From a virus, in the UHGV virus genome UHGV-0196072: a DNA stretch of 49,208 nt; one strand, 5' to 3'. A model generated the notes under the pieces. The model searched no databases. It was not told the origin of the DNA and was given only the letters and a program-made list of their open reading frames with translations. This document shows positions 7,688-16,379 of this stretch, in pieces. The translations under genes and the position numbers were made by a program. Position 1 is the stretch's first letter. Every line of letters begins with the position of its first letter.

Positions 7688-9411
7688 GCGACCTCCCTTT
7701 GGACGTTACACATTTCGGGGAGATTCGCTCTCACTAATGCCTCGGCGAAAGGAGGAGGAACTGCGTTACCGCAGCGTGCCACCTGCTTGTCTTTTGCGTA
7801 ACGGTTGCCACGATAATCGCGATCGATGATGTAACCAGCCGGGAAACCCTGCGCCCGGTATAGCTCATGCGGCTGCAGCATGCGCATACCGATATCCACA
7901 ATCTGATAATCATCACCATCAACGGTAACCAGGCCAAATCGATCGTTGGTTGTCACCGTCCCCAGCGGCTCCGACAGTGAAACTCCGCCCTTTTCGTTGC
8001 CGTAATATTTCATCAGGAAAGCACGGACTTCTCCGAGATGCAGACCGCCAGCCGTGACCGTCGGTACAGGCTGATCCACTTTGCGGCCGTCTTTGCAGGT
8101 ACCGCGAAGATGAACAAGATGCGAGGTCACGACAGCATGGTGATCCGTTGTTGTCACCGTATGGGCTGGCGCGCCCATCGCAGCCCCTGGTCCGGTGTAG
8201 TTCCCGCCAAAGTGCTTCGCCAGAAACGCGGTGACCAGCTGAGATTTCCCACCACCACCAGCGGTGACGGTGCCGTTTGGTTCGTCGGCGCGGTGCCCGG
8301 TGCTGGCGCCAAACTGACGCGCAATGACGGGAGCAACAACGCAGGATCGGGATTCTTTCAGAATGGTGTGTGCTGGCTTACCCATCGGACGGGGTTTAGC
8401 CTGATATTCACTCCCCCCATTACCAGCCAAAAAAGGAGTAACGACGGCGTAACCGTGGGTTTTGGTGATAGTCTGCAGCGGCACGTCGAGTTCCTGACCC
8501 CTAAAACAATCGTACGAGGTCCGGGTGCTGGTGTGGTTGCACTTGACGATAAATGGCGTCGGGTTATTCAGCACAAAACGCTCGATACCGCGCGCAATGC
8601 GTTTAAGCGTGTTCTCCGCCAACGGCTTAGCACGTTCAAAGATGCTCGGACAGGGCAACGACCAGTCAATGCACTCTGCTGCCGTTCGCCATGGCGCCAG
8701 TCTGCCACTCTGCACTTCCAGTGATTTCGGATCCCCATGGGTGGGGGCTGGCCAGCGTACGCTTTCACCGTCGCAGCGCATGACCATAAAGAAGCGTTTG
8801 CGGATTGTCGGCGCCCCGAAGTCGCAAGCGCGCAACTCGCGGTAATCGATGTTGTATCCCAGCCCCTGAATCAAAGACCGAGCTTGCTCGCTATCGGGCT
8901 GAATGGAAAGAAACGCGCACACCTCCGCCAGCGCCGGATGATTAGCATTAATACCAGTCGACAGCATTCCAACAAATGCAGCAAATGTTTCGCCAGTACG
9001 CGCTGGATCCGGGCGCATCTCATCTTCCAGCAGCGGCCCCCAGGTTTTAAATTCCTCGACGTTCTCAAGCATCATGACGCGCGGACGCTTCGCCAGCGCC
9101 CAGCGAATGACTACCCACGCCAGCCCTCGAATCTCTTTTTTTACCGGCTTAGCGCCCTTGGCTTTGGAGAAGTGCCGGCAATCAGGGCTGAACCATGCGA
9201 GACCAACAGGGTTGCCGCCAGTCGCCGCCACAGGATCGACATCAAATACGGACTCGCAGTAATGCAGCGTATCGGGGTGGTTCGTCTTGTGCATGGCAAT
9301 GGCGTTTTCATCATGGTTGATGGCGATGTCAACACTGCGCCCAATCGCCAGCTCAATCCCTGTTGACGCCCCACCGCCACCAGCAAAGTTATCAACGATA
9401 ATTTCACGCAT
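7684..9411 (-). CDS. DNA (cytosine-5)-methyltransferase (the ORF extends to 9450; the internal Met at 9411 is the preferred start)
   Basis: Motif I FAGGGGAS, PC motif FSPDCRHFS, ENV motif MLENVEEF, and a C-terminal GNAV motif. Confidence 0.8.
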   Translation of the reverse strand: MREIIVDNFAGGGGASTGIELAIGRSVDIAINHDENAIAMHKTNHPDTLHYCESVFDVDPVAATGGNPVGLAWFSPDCRHFSKAKGAKPVKKEIRGLAWVVIRWALAKRPRVMMLENVEEFKTWGPLLEDEMRPDPARTGETFAAFVGMLSTGINANHPALAEVCAFLSIQPDSEQARSLIQGLGYNIDYRELRACDFGAPTIRKRFFMVMRCDGESVRWPAPTHGDPKSLEVQSGRLAPWRTAAECIDWSLPCPSIFERAKPLAENTLKRIARGIERFVLNNPTPFIVKCNHTSTRTSYDCFRGQELDVPLQTITKTHGYAVVTPFLAGNGGSEYQAKPRPMGKPAHTILKESRSCVVAPVIARQFGASTGHRADEPNGTVTAGGGGKSQLVTAFLAKHFGGNYTGPGAAMGAPAHTVTTTDHHAVVTSHLVHLRGTCKDGRKVDQPVPTVTAGGLHLGEVRAFLMKYYGNEKGGVSLSEPLGTVTTNDRFGLVTVDGDDYQIVDIGMRMLQPHELYRAQGFPAGYIIDRDYRGNRYAKDKQVARCGNAVPPPFAEALVRANLPEMCNVQREVA

Positions 9412-10294
9412 GGACCGCCCCCTGCATACTGCTGACCAGTCCACCAGCAATGGTTATGATCTCGCTGATTGATGTGCGCTCCAGCCAGAGCTGGTTGATG
9501 TGGGATTTCAGTTTGTTCTGCTGCGACTCCTCCAAATCGGTGGCACCTTCAAGCTGCCCGAATGCCAGATTGACCTCCAGCGGCCATATGCGAGATTCAA
9601 TAACAGGCTCAGCGGCTGGTTTCGCCGCAGGAGGCGGAGCTACATCCCGCGCCGGAGATACCAGCCCAGCTGCGAACTGCGCCAGCGCCATACTTGCACG
9701 CCCTTTTGCTTCCAGCTCCACGCGATCGATATAGCTAAAGTGCTCGCCGCGCCAGGTCTTATCAAATACCGCAATGGCCCCGGCAAAGAAAGCGCTGGTG
9801 GGCTTCTGCTTTTCGTCGGCAGGCACAAACCACGCAGGAAGATCGAATCCAATGCGACCACGAATAAACATGATGTGATCGGCATCTTCCGGCCACCATG
9901 TTTCACTTGTTGCAGACTTCACGAGGTAAATGTAGCGACCGCCCTTTTCACGCTGCTCGGCGGTATAGTTCATGATGTGCGTCATGCCAGTGATGGCTTG
10001 TTTTTCATGGTACTGTGAGCGGCTGTAAGGCGGGTTAGCAAAGGCCGCGCCGCCGAGTTCCACCAGCCGACCAGACCAGTCCTGTGTCAATGCGTTATCT
10101 TCAGCTGTGTACCATGCTGGGCATTTTGCGTTGCTGTCGTCGGCAAACAGGTCCAGCACCAGCGGACCAAACACAGCGTTAATGCCCCAGAACAGCAGAT
10201 CCGGCGTCCGCCATTGATCGCCAACTTCTTTCAAATAATGGGCCTTCTGGTTACGCAATGCGTCTAAGGCCTGGCAATATTGGTTTTTTGTCAC
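9404..10294 (-). CDS. phage Dam-type DNA N6-adenine methyltransferase (GTG start)
   Basis: FANPPYS motif. About 296 aa. The start overlaps the stop of the upstream replication gene (GTGA). Confidence 0.7.
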   Translation of the reverse strand: MTKNQYCQALDALRNQKAHYLKEVGDQWRTPDLLFWGINAVFGPLVLDLFADDSNAKCPAWYTAEDNALTQDWSGRLVELGGAAFANPPYSRSQYHEKQAITGMTHIMNYTAEQREKGGRYIYLVKSATSETWWPEDADHIMFIRGRIGFDLPAWFVPADEKQKPTSAFFAGAIAVFDKTWRGEHFSYIDRVELEAKGRASMALAQFAAGLVSPARDVAPPPAAKPAAEPVIESRIWPLEVNLAFGQLEGATDLEESQQNKLKSHINQLWLERTSISEIITIAGGLVSSMQGAVHA

Positions 10295-11163
10295 GAGCGG
10301 AACCCCTTCGGTGTGCTGTATTCAACGCTGGAATAGTTGGACTTGAACGCCTGGTCTTCGCCTCCGGCTTTGGTCCATTTCCCATCAACGCATTTCGGGC
10401 GACCGGCGGCATTCCACTTGGTTGCAGACTGGAGATAGCCGGGGAATTTTGACTGCAGAAATAACGTGGTAGGCCGCAGATATTCAGCCATTTTTAAATC
10501 TTTCCCCCACTTCTCAGCGCTGTAATCAACCACCAGCGCCAGTTCTTCAGGTGTAAATCCTTCCCGCAGCCTGCCCCGGATGTGTTCCAGAGAGGTTTTG
10601 CATACCTGAAAACGTGAACCGGTTGTGAGGTTCAGGTGAGAAAGGGCCTGCTTAGCAAGATCGGTGATAACTACTTCCGGGTCGGGTTCCGCAGGAACCG
10701 GACAAGAAGGTTTTTTAACTGATGGATCAGTAGTTGTATTTACTGACGGATCCCCCCCAGATTCTGACGGGTGAAAACCGCCTTTTTCATCGTTTTTTGA
10801 TGCCTCAGATTTTGACGCGTCGGTTTTTGAGGCATCAGATTTTGATGCGTCAGAATCTGACAGGTGAGAAAAGGCAGCAGCCTGTAATTTCGCAACATTG
10901 AGCTGGTAAACGTTCGATGCATTCCGGTTGCCTTTACGGCGCTGCTGGCGGGTTAACCACCCGTCTTTTTCCAGTTGAGATATGGCTGTGCGAACCGTGC
11001 TCTCACCGGCACCAATCTGGCGCGCGATGGTAGCGATGGAAGGCCAGCTAACCCCTTCATCACTGCTGAAGTCTGCCAGACGCGCCATGATGGCAACGCT
11101 GGACAGCTTCATGCCAGAAGCGGCACAAGCGTCCCAAACGTAACCCGTTAATTTAGTGCTCAT
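10291..11163 (-). CDS. replication initiator, lambda-O-like organisation: N-terminal HTH domain, central (S-D-A-S-K)n linker encoded by iterons, and a C-terminal domain
   Basis: N-terminal winged-HTH-like segment (SWPSIATIARQIGAGESTVRTAISQLEKDGWL). Internal 15-bp DNA repeats. Position after cro/cII as in lambda. Confidence 0.55.
   Translation of the reverse strand: MSTKLTGYVWDACAASGMKLSSVAIMARLADFSSDEGVSWPSIATIARQIGAGESTVRTAISQLEKDGWLTRQQRRKGNRNASNVYQLNVAKLQAAAFSHLSDSDASKSDASKTDASKSEASKNDEKGGFHPSESGGDPSVNTTTDPSVKKPSCPVPAEPDPEVVITDLAKQALSHLNLTTGSRFQVCKTSLEHIRGRLREGFTPEELALVVDYSAEKWGKDLKMAEYLRPTTLFLQSKFPGYLQSATKWNAAGRPKCVDGKWTKAGGEDQAFKSNYSSVEYSTPKGFRS
10757..10875. repeat. about six imperfect 15-bp direct repeats (consensus yGCrTCAGATTTTGA) inside the replication gene; candidate ori iterons
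   Basis: Periodic units tgcctcagattttga, cgcgtcggtttttga, ggcatcagattttga, tgcgtcagaatctga. Confidence 0.5.
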
Positions 11164-11504
11164 GGTCGTCCTTTAACTCTGTAAACTTGCGCTTGAATTG
11201 TTCGAGCGGTCTGAAACATTCGTGGTTATAACCATCCCGCAGGTAGATAACTCGTTGAGTCTCTGGCTCCCACCGGATAACTCGAACGGGGATCCCTCTG
11301 TGGTCTTTGAACCTTCGGTTAACTTCGCGCATAAGCGTTTCGCCTTCCTGTAGTAAACCCCCACAATTGCGACCGCCCGACTGTGGTTACATGGCACCCA
11401 GCGGTTTGCTATTCTGCGTTCATACCGAAACAACGGAGCGCCCGGTACCGGGATCATCCTGAGTTGCGGCAAACGGTTAAAAGCCGTTAAACTGGTCATG
11501 CGGA

Positions 11505-12137
11505 TTACTTCTCCATACAAGATTTGTCTGCCACGACGCCCGGAGCTGCACACTCGCGGGCGTCACTCTTTTCCGGCGCACAAAACACACGGAAAAGCAG
11601 CGTCAAATGTTCCTGCCACTTAGCCATCACCTGATAGCTGTTCTCTTCGATCTGGGCGCGTTCCTGAGCATCAATAACGCCGTCAGCGGTAGCTTTACGA
11701 ACGTATTGTGAATGCCTGCCGATCCACTCAACTGACTCCATGAGACGCTGGTTGATATCGCCGTTTTCAATCTCTTCAACATCAGCCAATGGCACAAAAA
11801 CACCGTTCGAGTGACGTGCAATAGCGTTCGCTATGTGGTTTGAACCACCAGCACGTTGAAGCACCATCGCCCAACCGAGCGGGAAGATCTGATCGCCATC
11901 GGTACGCAGCCGGTTAAACAGCGCGTTCTCGGTCACACCCAACCACTCAGCAGCTTCTGAATATCCGCCAGGAAGCTCGGTGATCGTTTTTTTGATTGCG
12001 GCCACCAGCCAGGCTGGCTGCTTATCTACTTTCCATTCAGGTTCTATACCCACGGCTAGGTCCTCCCTTCTGTGGTTATTTCTGATCGTTAGTCGTTGTA
12101 TTCTTGCCATAACGTTCTGGGTTGAATTCCAGTTCAC
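11505..12137 (-). CDS. CII-like regulatory protein (phage 186 CII / CP76-type), tentative
   Basis: HTH-like segment (YSEAAEWLGVTENALFNRL). Position directly downstream of cro. Confidence 0.35.
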   Translation of the reverse strand: MNWNSTQNVMARIQRLTIRNNHRREDLAVGIEPEWKVDKQPAWLVAAIKKTITELPGGYSEAAEWLGVTENALFNRLRTDGDQIFPLGWAMVLQRAGGSNHIANAIARHSNGVFVPLADVEEIENGDINQRLMESVEWIGRHSQYVRKATADGVIDAQERAQIEENSYQVMAKWQEHLTLLFRVFCAPEKSDARECAAPGVVADKSCMEK

Positions 12138-12291
12138 CAGCAGTTCGATACGCAGCTTCAGCAGCTCGTCCTTTAGGGATTAAGCGTCCGGGGCGATTAC
12201 GCCACTGGTAAACGGCCTCACTGGTGATGCCAAAAAATTCGGCAACTTTCTCAGTGCTGCCGAAATGTTGTTCAATCTCGTCGGTTGTCAT
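12076..12291 (-). CDS. cro: Cro-like HTH transcriptional regulator (YdaS/Cro family)
   Basis: 71 aa with an HTH (STEKVAEFFGITSEAVYQWR). Divergent from cI across the operator region. GGAGG RBS. Confidence 0.65.
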   Translation of the reverse strand: MTTDEIEQHFGSTEKVAEFFGITSEAVYQWRNRPGRLIPKGRAAEAAYRTAGELEFNPERYGKNTTTNDQK

Positions 12292-12304
12292 GAAGCCTCC
12301 TTAG

Positions 12305-12367
12305 CTAAGTTTGGTTAGATATTAATAACCAATCTAACTTTGGTCAATAAAAACTAAGATTACTTAG
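12305..12367. promoter_or_regulatory. OR-like immunity region: three 14-bp operators plus the leftward pR
   Basis: Operators at 12305..12318, 12334..12347 and 12354..12367, consensus CTAAGTTnnGTTAG. pR -35 TTGACC (complement of 12342..12347), 17-bp spacer, -10 TAATAT (complement of 12319..12324). The operators overlap the -35 and the transcription start. Confidence 0.6.
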
Positions 12368-12390
12368 TCTTTTTTAAATTTGGTGCTTTC

Positions 12391-13017
12391 ATGGAAACGG
12401 TTGGTCAGCGCATTAAAGCCCTACGCAGGGTTACAAAAACCTCTCAAAAAGAACTTGGTAAGTTCTGCGGGGTTAGTGACGTAGCGGTGGGTTATTGGGA
12501 AAAGGATGTGAATATCCCAAACGGAGAATCGCTGGTTAAGCTGGCTAAATTCTTCAATACATCAATAGATTACATTCTTTACGGCACTGAATTTGAAGGT
12601 ACCCTCATAACTAAAATGAGGCGTGTGCCCGTGATTTCCTGGGTTCAAGCTGGGCAGTTTACGGAATGTAAGGCCGCTGATTTATTCAGTGATGTTGATA
12701 AATGGGTTGAAACATCACTACGCATTGGGGATAGCTCGTTCGCTTTAGAGGTCAAAGGGGATTCAATGACCAATCCAAATGGCCTCCCAACAATCCCTGA
12801 AGGGGCAACCGTTATTGTTGATCCAGATGCCGAACCTCTTCATGGCAAGATTGTTGTTGCGCGTATTGATGGCACTAACGAAGCGACTGTTAAAAAACTG
12901 GTCATTGATGGCCCACAAAAATTTTTAGTCCCACTAAATCCTCGCTACCCCAACATCCCGATCAATGGTAACTGCCTCATTATTGGCGTAGTTAAAGGCG
13001 TTCAGTACGAACTCTAA
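12391..13017 (+). CDS. cI: CI-like repressor (HTH_XRE plus S24 LexA-like autopeptidase domain)
   Basis: N-terminal HTH. Ala-Gly cleavage site (VQAGQ). Catalytic Ser (GDSM) and Lys (TVKKL). Confidence 0.85.
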   Translation: METVGQRIKALRRVTKTSQKELGKFCGVSDVAVGYWEKDVNIPNGESLVKLAKFFNTSIDYILYGTEFEGTLITKMRRVPVISWVQAGQFTECKAADLFSDVDKWVETSLRIGDSSFALEVKGDSMTNPNGLPTIPEGATVIVDPDAEPLHGKIVVARIDGTNEATVKKLVIDGPQKFLVPLNPRYPNIPINGNCLIIGVVKGVQYEL

Positions 13018-13047
13018 TCCCTTCCCGCTCTTCCTCTAAGCATCAAG

Positions 13048-13100
13048 CTAAGTTTAGTTTGATGTTTTCACTTGACCAGTAAACTAAGTTAAGTTAGATT
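13048..13100 (+). promoter_or_regulatory. OL/pL-like region: two operators plus a rightward promoter
   Basis: Operators at 13048..13061 and 13084..13097, same consensus as OR. -35 TTGACC at 13072..13077, 17-bp spacer, -10 TAGATT at 13095..13100. Confidence 0.55.
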
Positions 13101-13175
13101 TTTTTCTGTCGACACCAAACCACCGCGCCTGATGTGGTTAAAAGCAGGCCAAAGCAATAAGACGTGATCCCTGTT

Positions 13176-13217
13176 CTGGCTGCTCACTTTCCCCTTGAGG
13201 GTGACAGCCAGCTTTTT
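13176..13217 (+). terminator. intrinsic terminator about 110 nt downstream of the pL-like start
   Basis: GC-rich bulged hairpin ctggctgctcac...gtgacagccag followed by cttttt. Confidence 0.5.
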
Positions 13218-13486
13218 AAGGGCACAACAGGCGAGAGCATTGCTGATTATCGGACTGCGTGAGACGCGACGCGGTAAAGCAGGTAAACAGTGCTCTCACC
13301 GTTGTGGTAATGCGGCTCTGCGCACGTGACGAGGCCAACAAGTTTTTATTTCAACTTTTGAAATGAATACGTTTCTTGTGGTGTAGCGTCGCCGGTTCTG
13401 GCCGGTCCGGCAGGTGGAGGCACCACCGCCACAACTCGAATTGCTGTGTGTAGTCTTTGCCCAGTCTCTTCGATGGGCCCTTTTTT

Positions 13487-13601
13487 TACACAACAGGGAA
13501 GAGCACCACCGGCACCGGGAACTAACCCTGCCCGGATCCGAGTTCAAAGCGTGGACCCTCTCTCCTTCAGGCTCTGAACTGGTGCTCTTCCCTGTTGTGT
13601 A
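13487..13601. repeat. 22-bp perfect inverted repeat (tacacaacagggaagagcacca / tggtgctcttccctgttgtgta) enclosing a 71-bp spacer
   Basis: Arms at 13487..13508 and 13580..13601 are exact reverse complements. Located in the roughly 500-nt non-coding leader between pL and the first early-left gene. Confidence 0.9.
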
Positions 13602-13648
13602 TGAAGAAATTCCCGGCGGTGGCAGCCGCCTTTCGAGATGGTAAAACT

Positions 13649-14020
13649 ATGAGTAATGATCGCATGACAGTAGTGCCCGATTTCCTGGGCGAACTGGACG
13701 CCGGCGTATTCATGAACAAGATTGCGGCGGCTCTAAATACCACCGCGCTCGGCGTTCTGAACAACGGCAACAAAGGCAAGGTTGTCCTCACCTTTGATTT
13801 TGAGCGTATGGGCAACTCTGTTGAAGAGAAGCGCGTCAAGATTAAGCACAAGCTGAACTACAGCACCCCAACTCCCCGCGGCAAAGCGTCGGAGGAGGAC
13901 ACCACCGAAACACCAATGTGGGTTAACAAAGGTGGCAAGCTAACAATCCTGCAGGAGGATCAGGGGCAACTCTTCGGTATCACCGGTACGGTGGACGGAA
14001 AGCTTAAAGCGGATCAGTGA
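13649..14020 (+). CDS. hypothetical early protein (YfdP-like?). The ORF is open from 13595
   Basis: First gene of the pL operon. Not Arg-rich, so not N-like. Confidence 0.35.
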   Translation: MSNDRMTVVPDFLGELDAGVFMNKIAAALNTTALGVLNNGNKGKVVLTFDFERMGNSVEEKRVKIKHKLNYSTPTPRGKASEEDTTETPMWVNKGGKLTILQEDQGQLFGITGTVDGKLKADQ

Positions 14021-14076
14021 ACCGCACGCACAAATTCACTGATACCACTTCGCTAATCAGTTAATAAGGAATTTTT

Positions 14077-14904
14077 ATGTCTCAGTTAGACAGCGGTACT
14101 TTTCAGCAAGTCAAAGACCTGGTGCTTTCCGGTTATCACCTGAACGATATCCACGGGCTGGCCTGCCCGACCGCCCTGCTACCGCAGAATACCAGCATTG
14201 AAAGCCTGGAGCGTTTTGCATTTGAGCGTTTCCGTTTCCGCGGCGCTATGGACACTACCAGCATTGATGATTTCGTTCGCTATTCTGTCGCTTACGCCCA
14301 AGAAGAAGAAAAAGCCCGCTGCTTTATTGATGCCGATAACATGCTGGCCCGTTCTATCTTCAATATCGGCACGCTGGACAACCCTGGTCATGCCGATAAC
14401 GTCGCCTCAATCAAGCTAAAGAAAACAGCGCCCTTCCGCGCGTTACTGGCGATCAACGGCGATCACCTTAATCAGAAGCAAATCGCTGAGTGGCTCGAAG
14501 ACTGGAGCGATTATCTGCTGGCCTTTGATGCTGGCGGCAACACGATGACGATCGCCCAGGCTGCGCAAGCTGTCCGCCGCGTCACTATCCAACAGGCAAC
14601 TCAAGCCGACCATGAAGATAGTGACTTTAGCGGTAAGAAATCGTTGATGCAAAGTATTGAAGCCAGCAGTAAAGAGGTTATGCCGGTAGCGTTTGAGTTT
14701 AAGTGTGTACCTTATGAGGGCCTGGGCGAACGTCGTTTCAGTCTGCGCAATAGCCTGCTCAAAAGTAGCGATCCGGTATTCGTTCTGCGTATTGTCCAAC
14801 TGGAAGCCCAGGAAGAAGCGATCGCCAATGAGTTCCGCGATCTACTGATTGGCAAGTTCGACGGAAAGCCTGTAGAAACCTTTATCGGCAACTTCAAAGC
14901 CTGA
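14077..14904 (+). CDS. YfdQ-like (DUF2303) phage protein
   Basis: 275 aa. Followed by an HD-domain YfdR-like gene, as in the CPS-53 yfdPQR cluster. Confidence 0.45.
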   Translation: MSQLDSGTFQQVKDLVLSGYHLNDIHGLACPTALLPQNTSIESLERFAFERFRFRGAMDTTSIDDFVRYSVAYAQEEEKARCFIDADNMLARSIFNIGTLDNPGHADNVASIKLKKTAPFRALLAINGDHLNQKQIAEWLEDWSDYLLAFDAGGNTMTIAQAAQAVRRVTIQQATQADHEDSDFSGKKSLMQSIEASSKEVMPVAFEFKCVPYEGLGERRFSLRNSLLKSSDPVFVLRIVQLEAQEEAIANEFRDLLIGKFDGKPVETFIGNFKA

Positions 14905-14917
14905 TTGCTCTCCATTA

Positions 14918-14945
14918 AATCCCCGTAGTTGCGGGGATTTATTAA
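14918..14945 (+). terminator. intrinsic terminator after the yfdQ-like gene
   Basis: aatccccg-tagtt-gcggggatt hairpin followed by a T-rich tract. Confidence 0.5.
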
Positions 14946-15036
14946 AGCGTAATCCTGCAATTAATCGCCACCTGGCGAGGGATTTCTACACCCAAAATTC
15001 AGCGCTGTGCAGAGCGCTATTAAACGGAGAAATACG

Positions 15037-15564
15037 ATGAGCTTTATTCAAACACTGTCTGGCAAGCACTTTAACTATAACGATATTCAAGAGGACGCTA
15101 TCGTCATTGAAGACATTGCAACAGCCCTCTCACACATCTGCCGCTTTGCCGGCCATCTGCCGGAGTTCTACAGCGTCGGGCAGCATAGCGTTCTGGTTAG
15201 CCACCTGGTGCCGCAGGAGTTCGCACTCGAGGCTTTACTGCATGACGCTGCAGAGGCTTATATGCAAGACATCCCTGCGCCGCTTAAGCGATTACTGCCC
15301 GACTACCAGGTTATAGAAACACGTGTTGATGCGGCGATCCGCAAAAAGTTTGGTCTGCCGGCAGAGCAGCACCCTACCGTTAAATATGCCGACTTAGTCA
15401 TGCTGGCCAGCGAACGCCGTGATTTCGAGATCGACGACGGAACTCACTGGCCTATGCTCGACGGAATTATTCCCACTGACCAATTCGTTATTAATCCTGT
15501 CCGCCCTGGGCAGTCTTACGGCATGTTCATGAATCGCTTTAACCAGCTGGTGGAGCGGCGCTAA
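15037..15564 (+). CDS. HD-domain phosphohydrolase (YfdR-like 5'-deoxynucleotidase)
   Basis: H..HD motif (SHICRFAGH ... LLHDAAEAY). GGAGA RBS before the ATG at 15037. Confidence 0.6.
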   Translation: MSFIQTLSGKHFNYNDIQEDAIVIEDIATALSHICRFAGHLPEFYSVGQHSVLVSHLVPQEFALEALLHDAAEAYMQDIPAPLKRLLPDYQVIETRVDAAIRKKFGLPAEQHPTVKYADLVMLASERRDFEIDDGTHWPMLDGIIPTDQFVINPVRPGQSYGMFMNRFNQLVERR

Positions 15565-15761
15565 TGGCACACGTAAAAGTAAAAGACCTCGTTGCGGCTG
15601 CACATGCCGCATCACAAGATTTGCCACCAGCATCAGCGAAGTTAATGCGCGATACCGCTACTCGTCTGGACGTTACCTACGCCGCACTAACTGAAGCAAT
15701 GGATCAAAACACAGCGCTGGCGGCTATGTTAGCTGCAGCGCAGAAAAAGGAGAAAAATTAG
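15564..15761 (+). CDS. hypothetical protein (65 aa)
   Basis: ORF coupled to the HD gene (ATG overlaps its stop). Confidence 0.3.
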   Translation: MAHVKVKDLVAAAHAASQDLPPASAKLMRDTATRLDVTYAALTEAMDQNTALAAMLAAAQKKEKN

Positions 15762-15762
15762 C

Positions 15763-16335
15763 GTGAACCATTTAATGATCGACCTCGAATCAATGGGGAA
15801 AAAGCCAAACGCGCCGATCGTCTCAATTGGTGCCGTCTTTTTTAACCCTCAAACAGGTGAACTTGGCCAAGAATTTTACACGGCTGTCTCGCTTGAAAGC
15901 GCAATGGCTCAAGGCGCGGTACCGGATGGAGATACAATTCTTTGGTGGCTAAAACAAAGCCCGGAAGCGCGCTCAGCTATTTGTGTTGATGATGCGATGC
16001 CTATCACTGATGCACTGTCGGAACTTAGCAATTTCATTCACCGGCATGCATATAATCTCAAATACATGAAGGTCTGGGGTAACGGGGCCACCTTTGACAA
16101 TGTGATTCTGCGCGGAGCTTACGAACGCGCCGGACGCATTTGCCCGTGGGAATTTTGGAACGATCATGATGTACGCACGATTGTTACCCTCGGTCGCAGT
16201 GTTGGTTTCGATCCGAAGCGTGACATGCCTTTCATTGGCGATGTTCACAACGCCCTGGCTGATGCGCGCCATCAGGCAAAATATGTGTCAGCAATTTGGC
16301 AGAAACTTATCCCTGCCACCAGCACCAACGAGTAA
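15763..16335 (+). CDS. DEDD-family 3'-5' exonuclease (DnaQ / RNase T-like)
   Basis: Exo I motif MIDLES and Exo III motif HNALADA. Confidence 0.65.
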   Translation: MNHLMIDLESMGKKPNAPIVSIGAVFFNPQTGELGQEFYTAVSLESAMAQGAVPDGDTILWWLKQSPEARSAICVDDAMPITDALSELSNFIHRHAYNLKYMKVWGNGATFDNVILRGAYERAGRICPWEFWNDHDVRTIVTLGRSVGFDPKRDMPFIGDVHNALADARHQAKYVSAIWQKLIPATSTNE

Positions 16336-16379
16336 ACCACTCAGCCCGGGTGCAGCCGGGCTTTATGGAGAAGGAAACC

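Noticed and set aside
8038-9366. Plus-strand ORFs 8038..8724 and 8737..9366, antisense to the C5 methyltransferase
   Set aside because: Shadow ORFs opposite a gene with complete MTase motifs. No support.
11173-11553. ORF 11173..11553 (-), with a possible 108-aa product from an ATG at 11499 preceded by GGAG
   Set aside because: Low-complexity Ser/Asn-rich C-terminus, and it overlaps the upstream gene's end in the longest form. Could equally be a non-coding spacer between the CII-like and replication genes. Left unannotated.
13296-13851. ORFs 13296..13547 (-), 13414..13644 (+) and 13567..13851 (-) in the pL leader
   Set aside because: Mutually overlapping and low-complexity. They span the 22-bp inverted repeat, so their 'conserved' peptides are just the inverted-repeat arms. 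No RBS. Treated as a non-coding leader.
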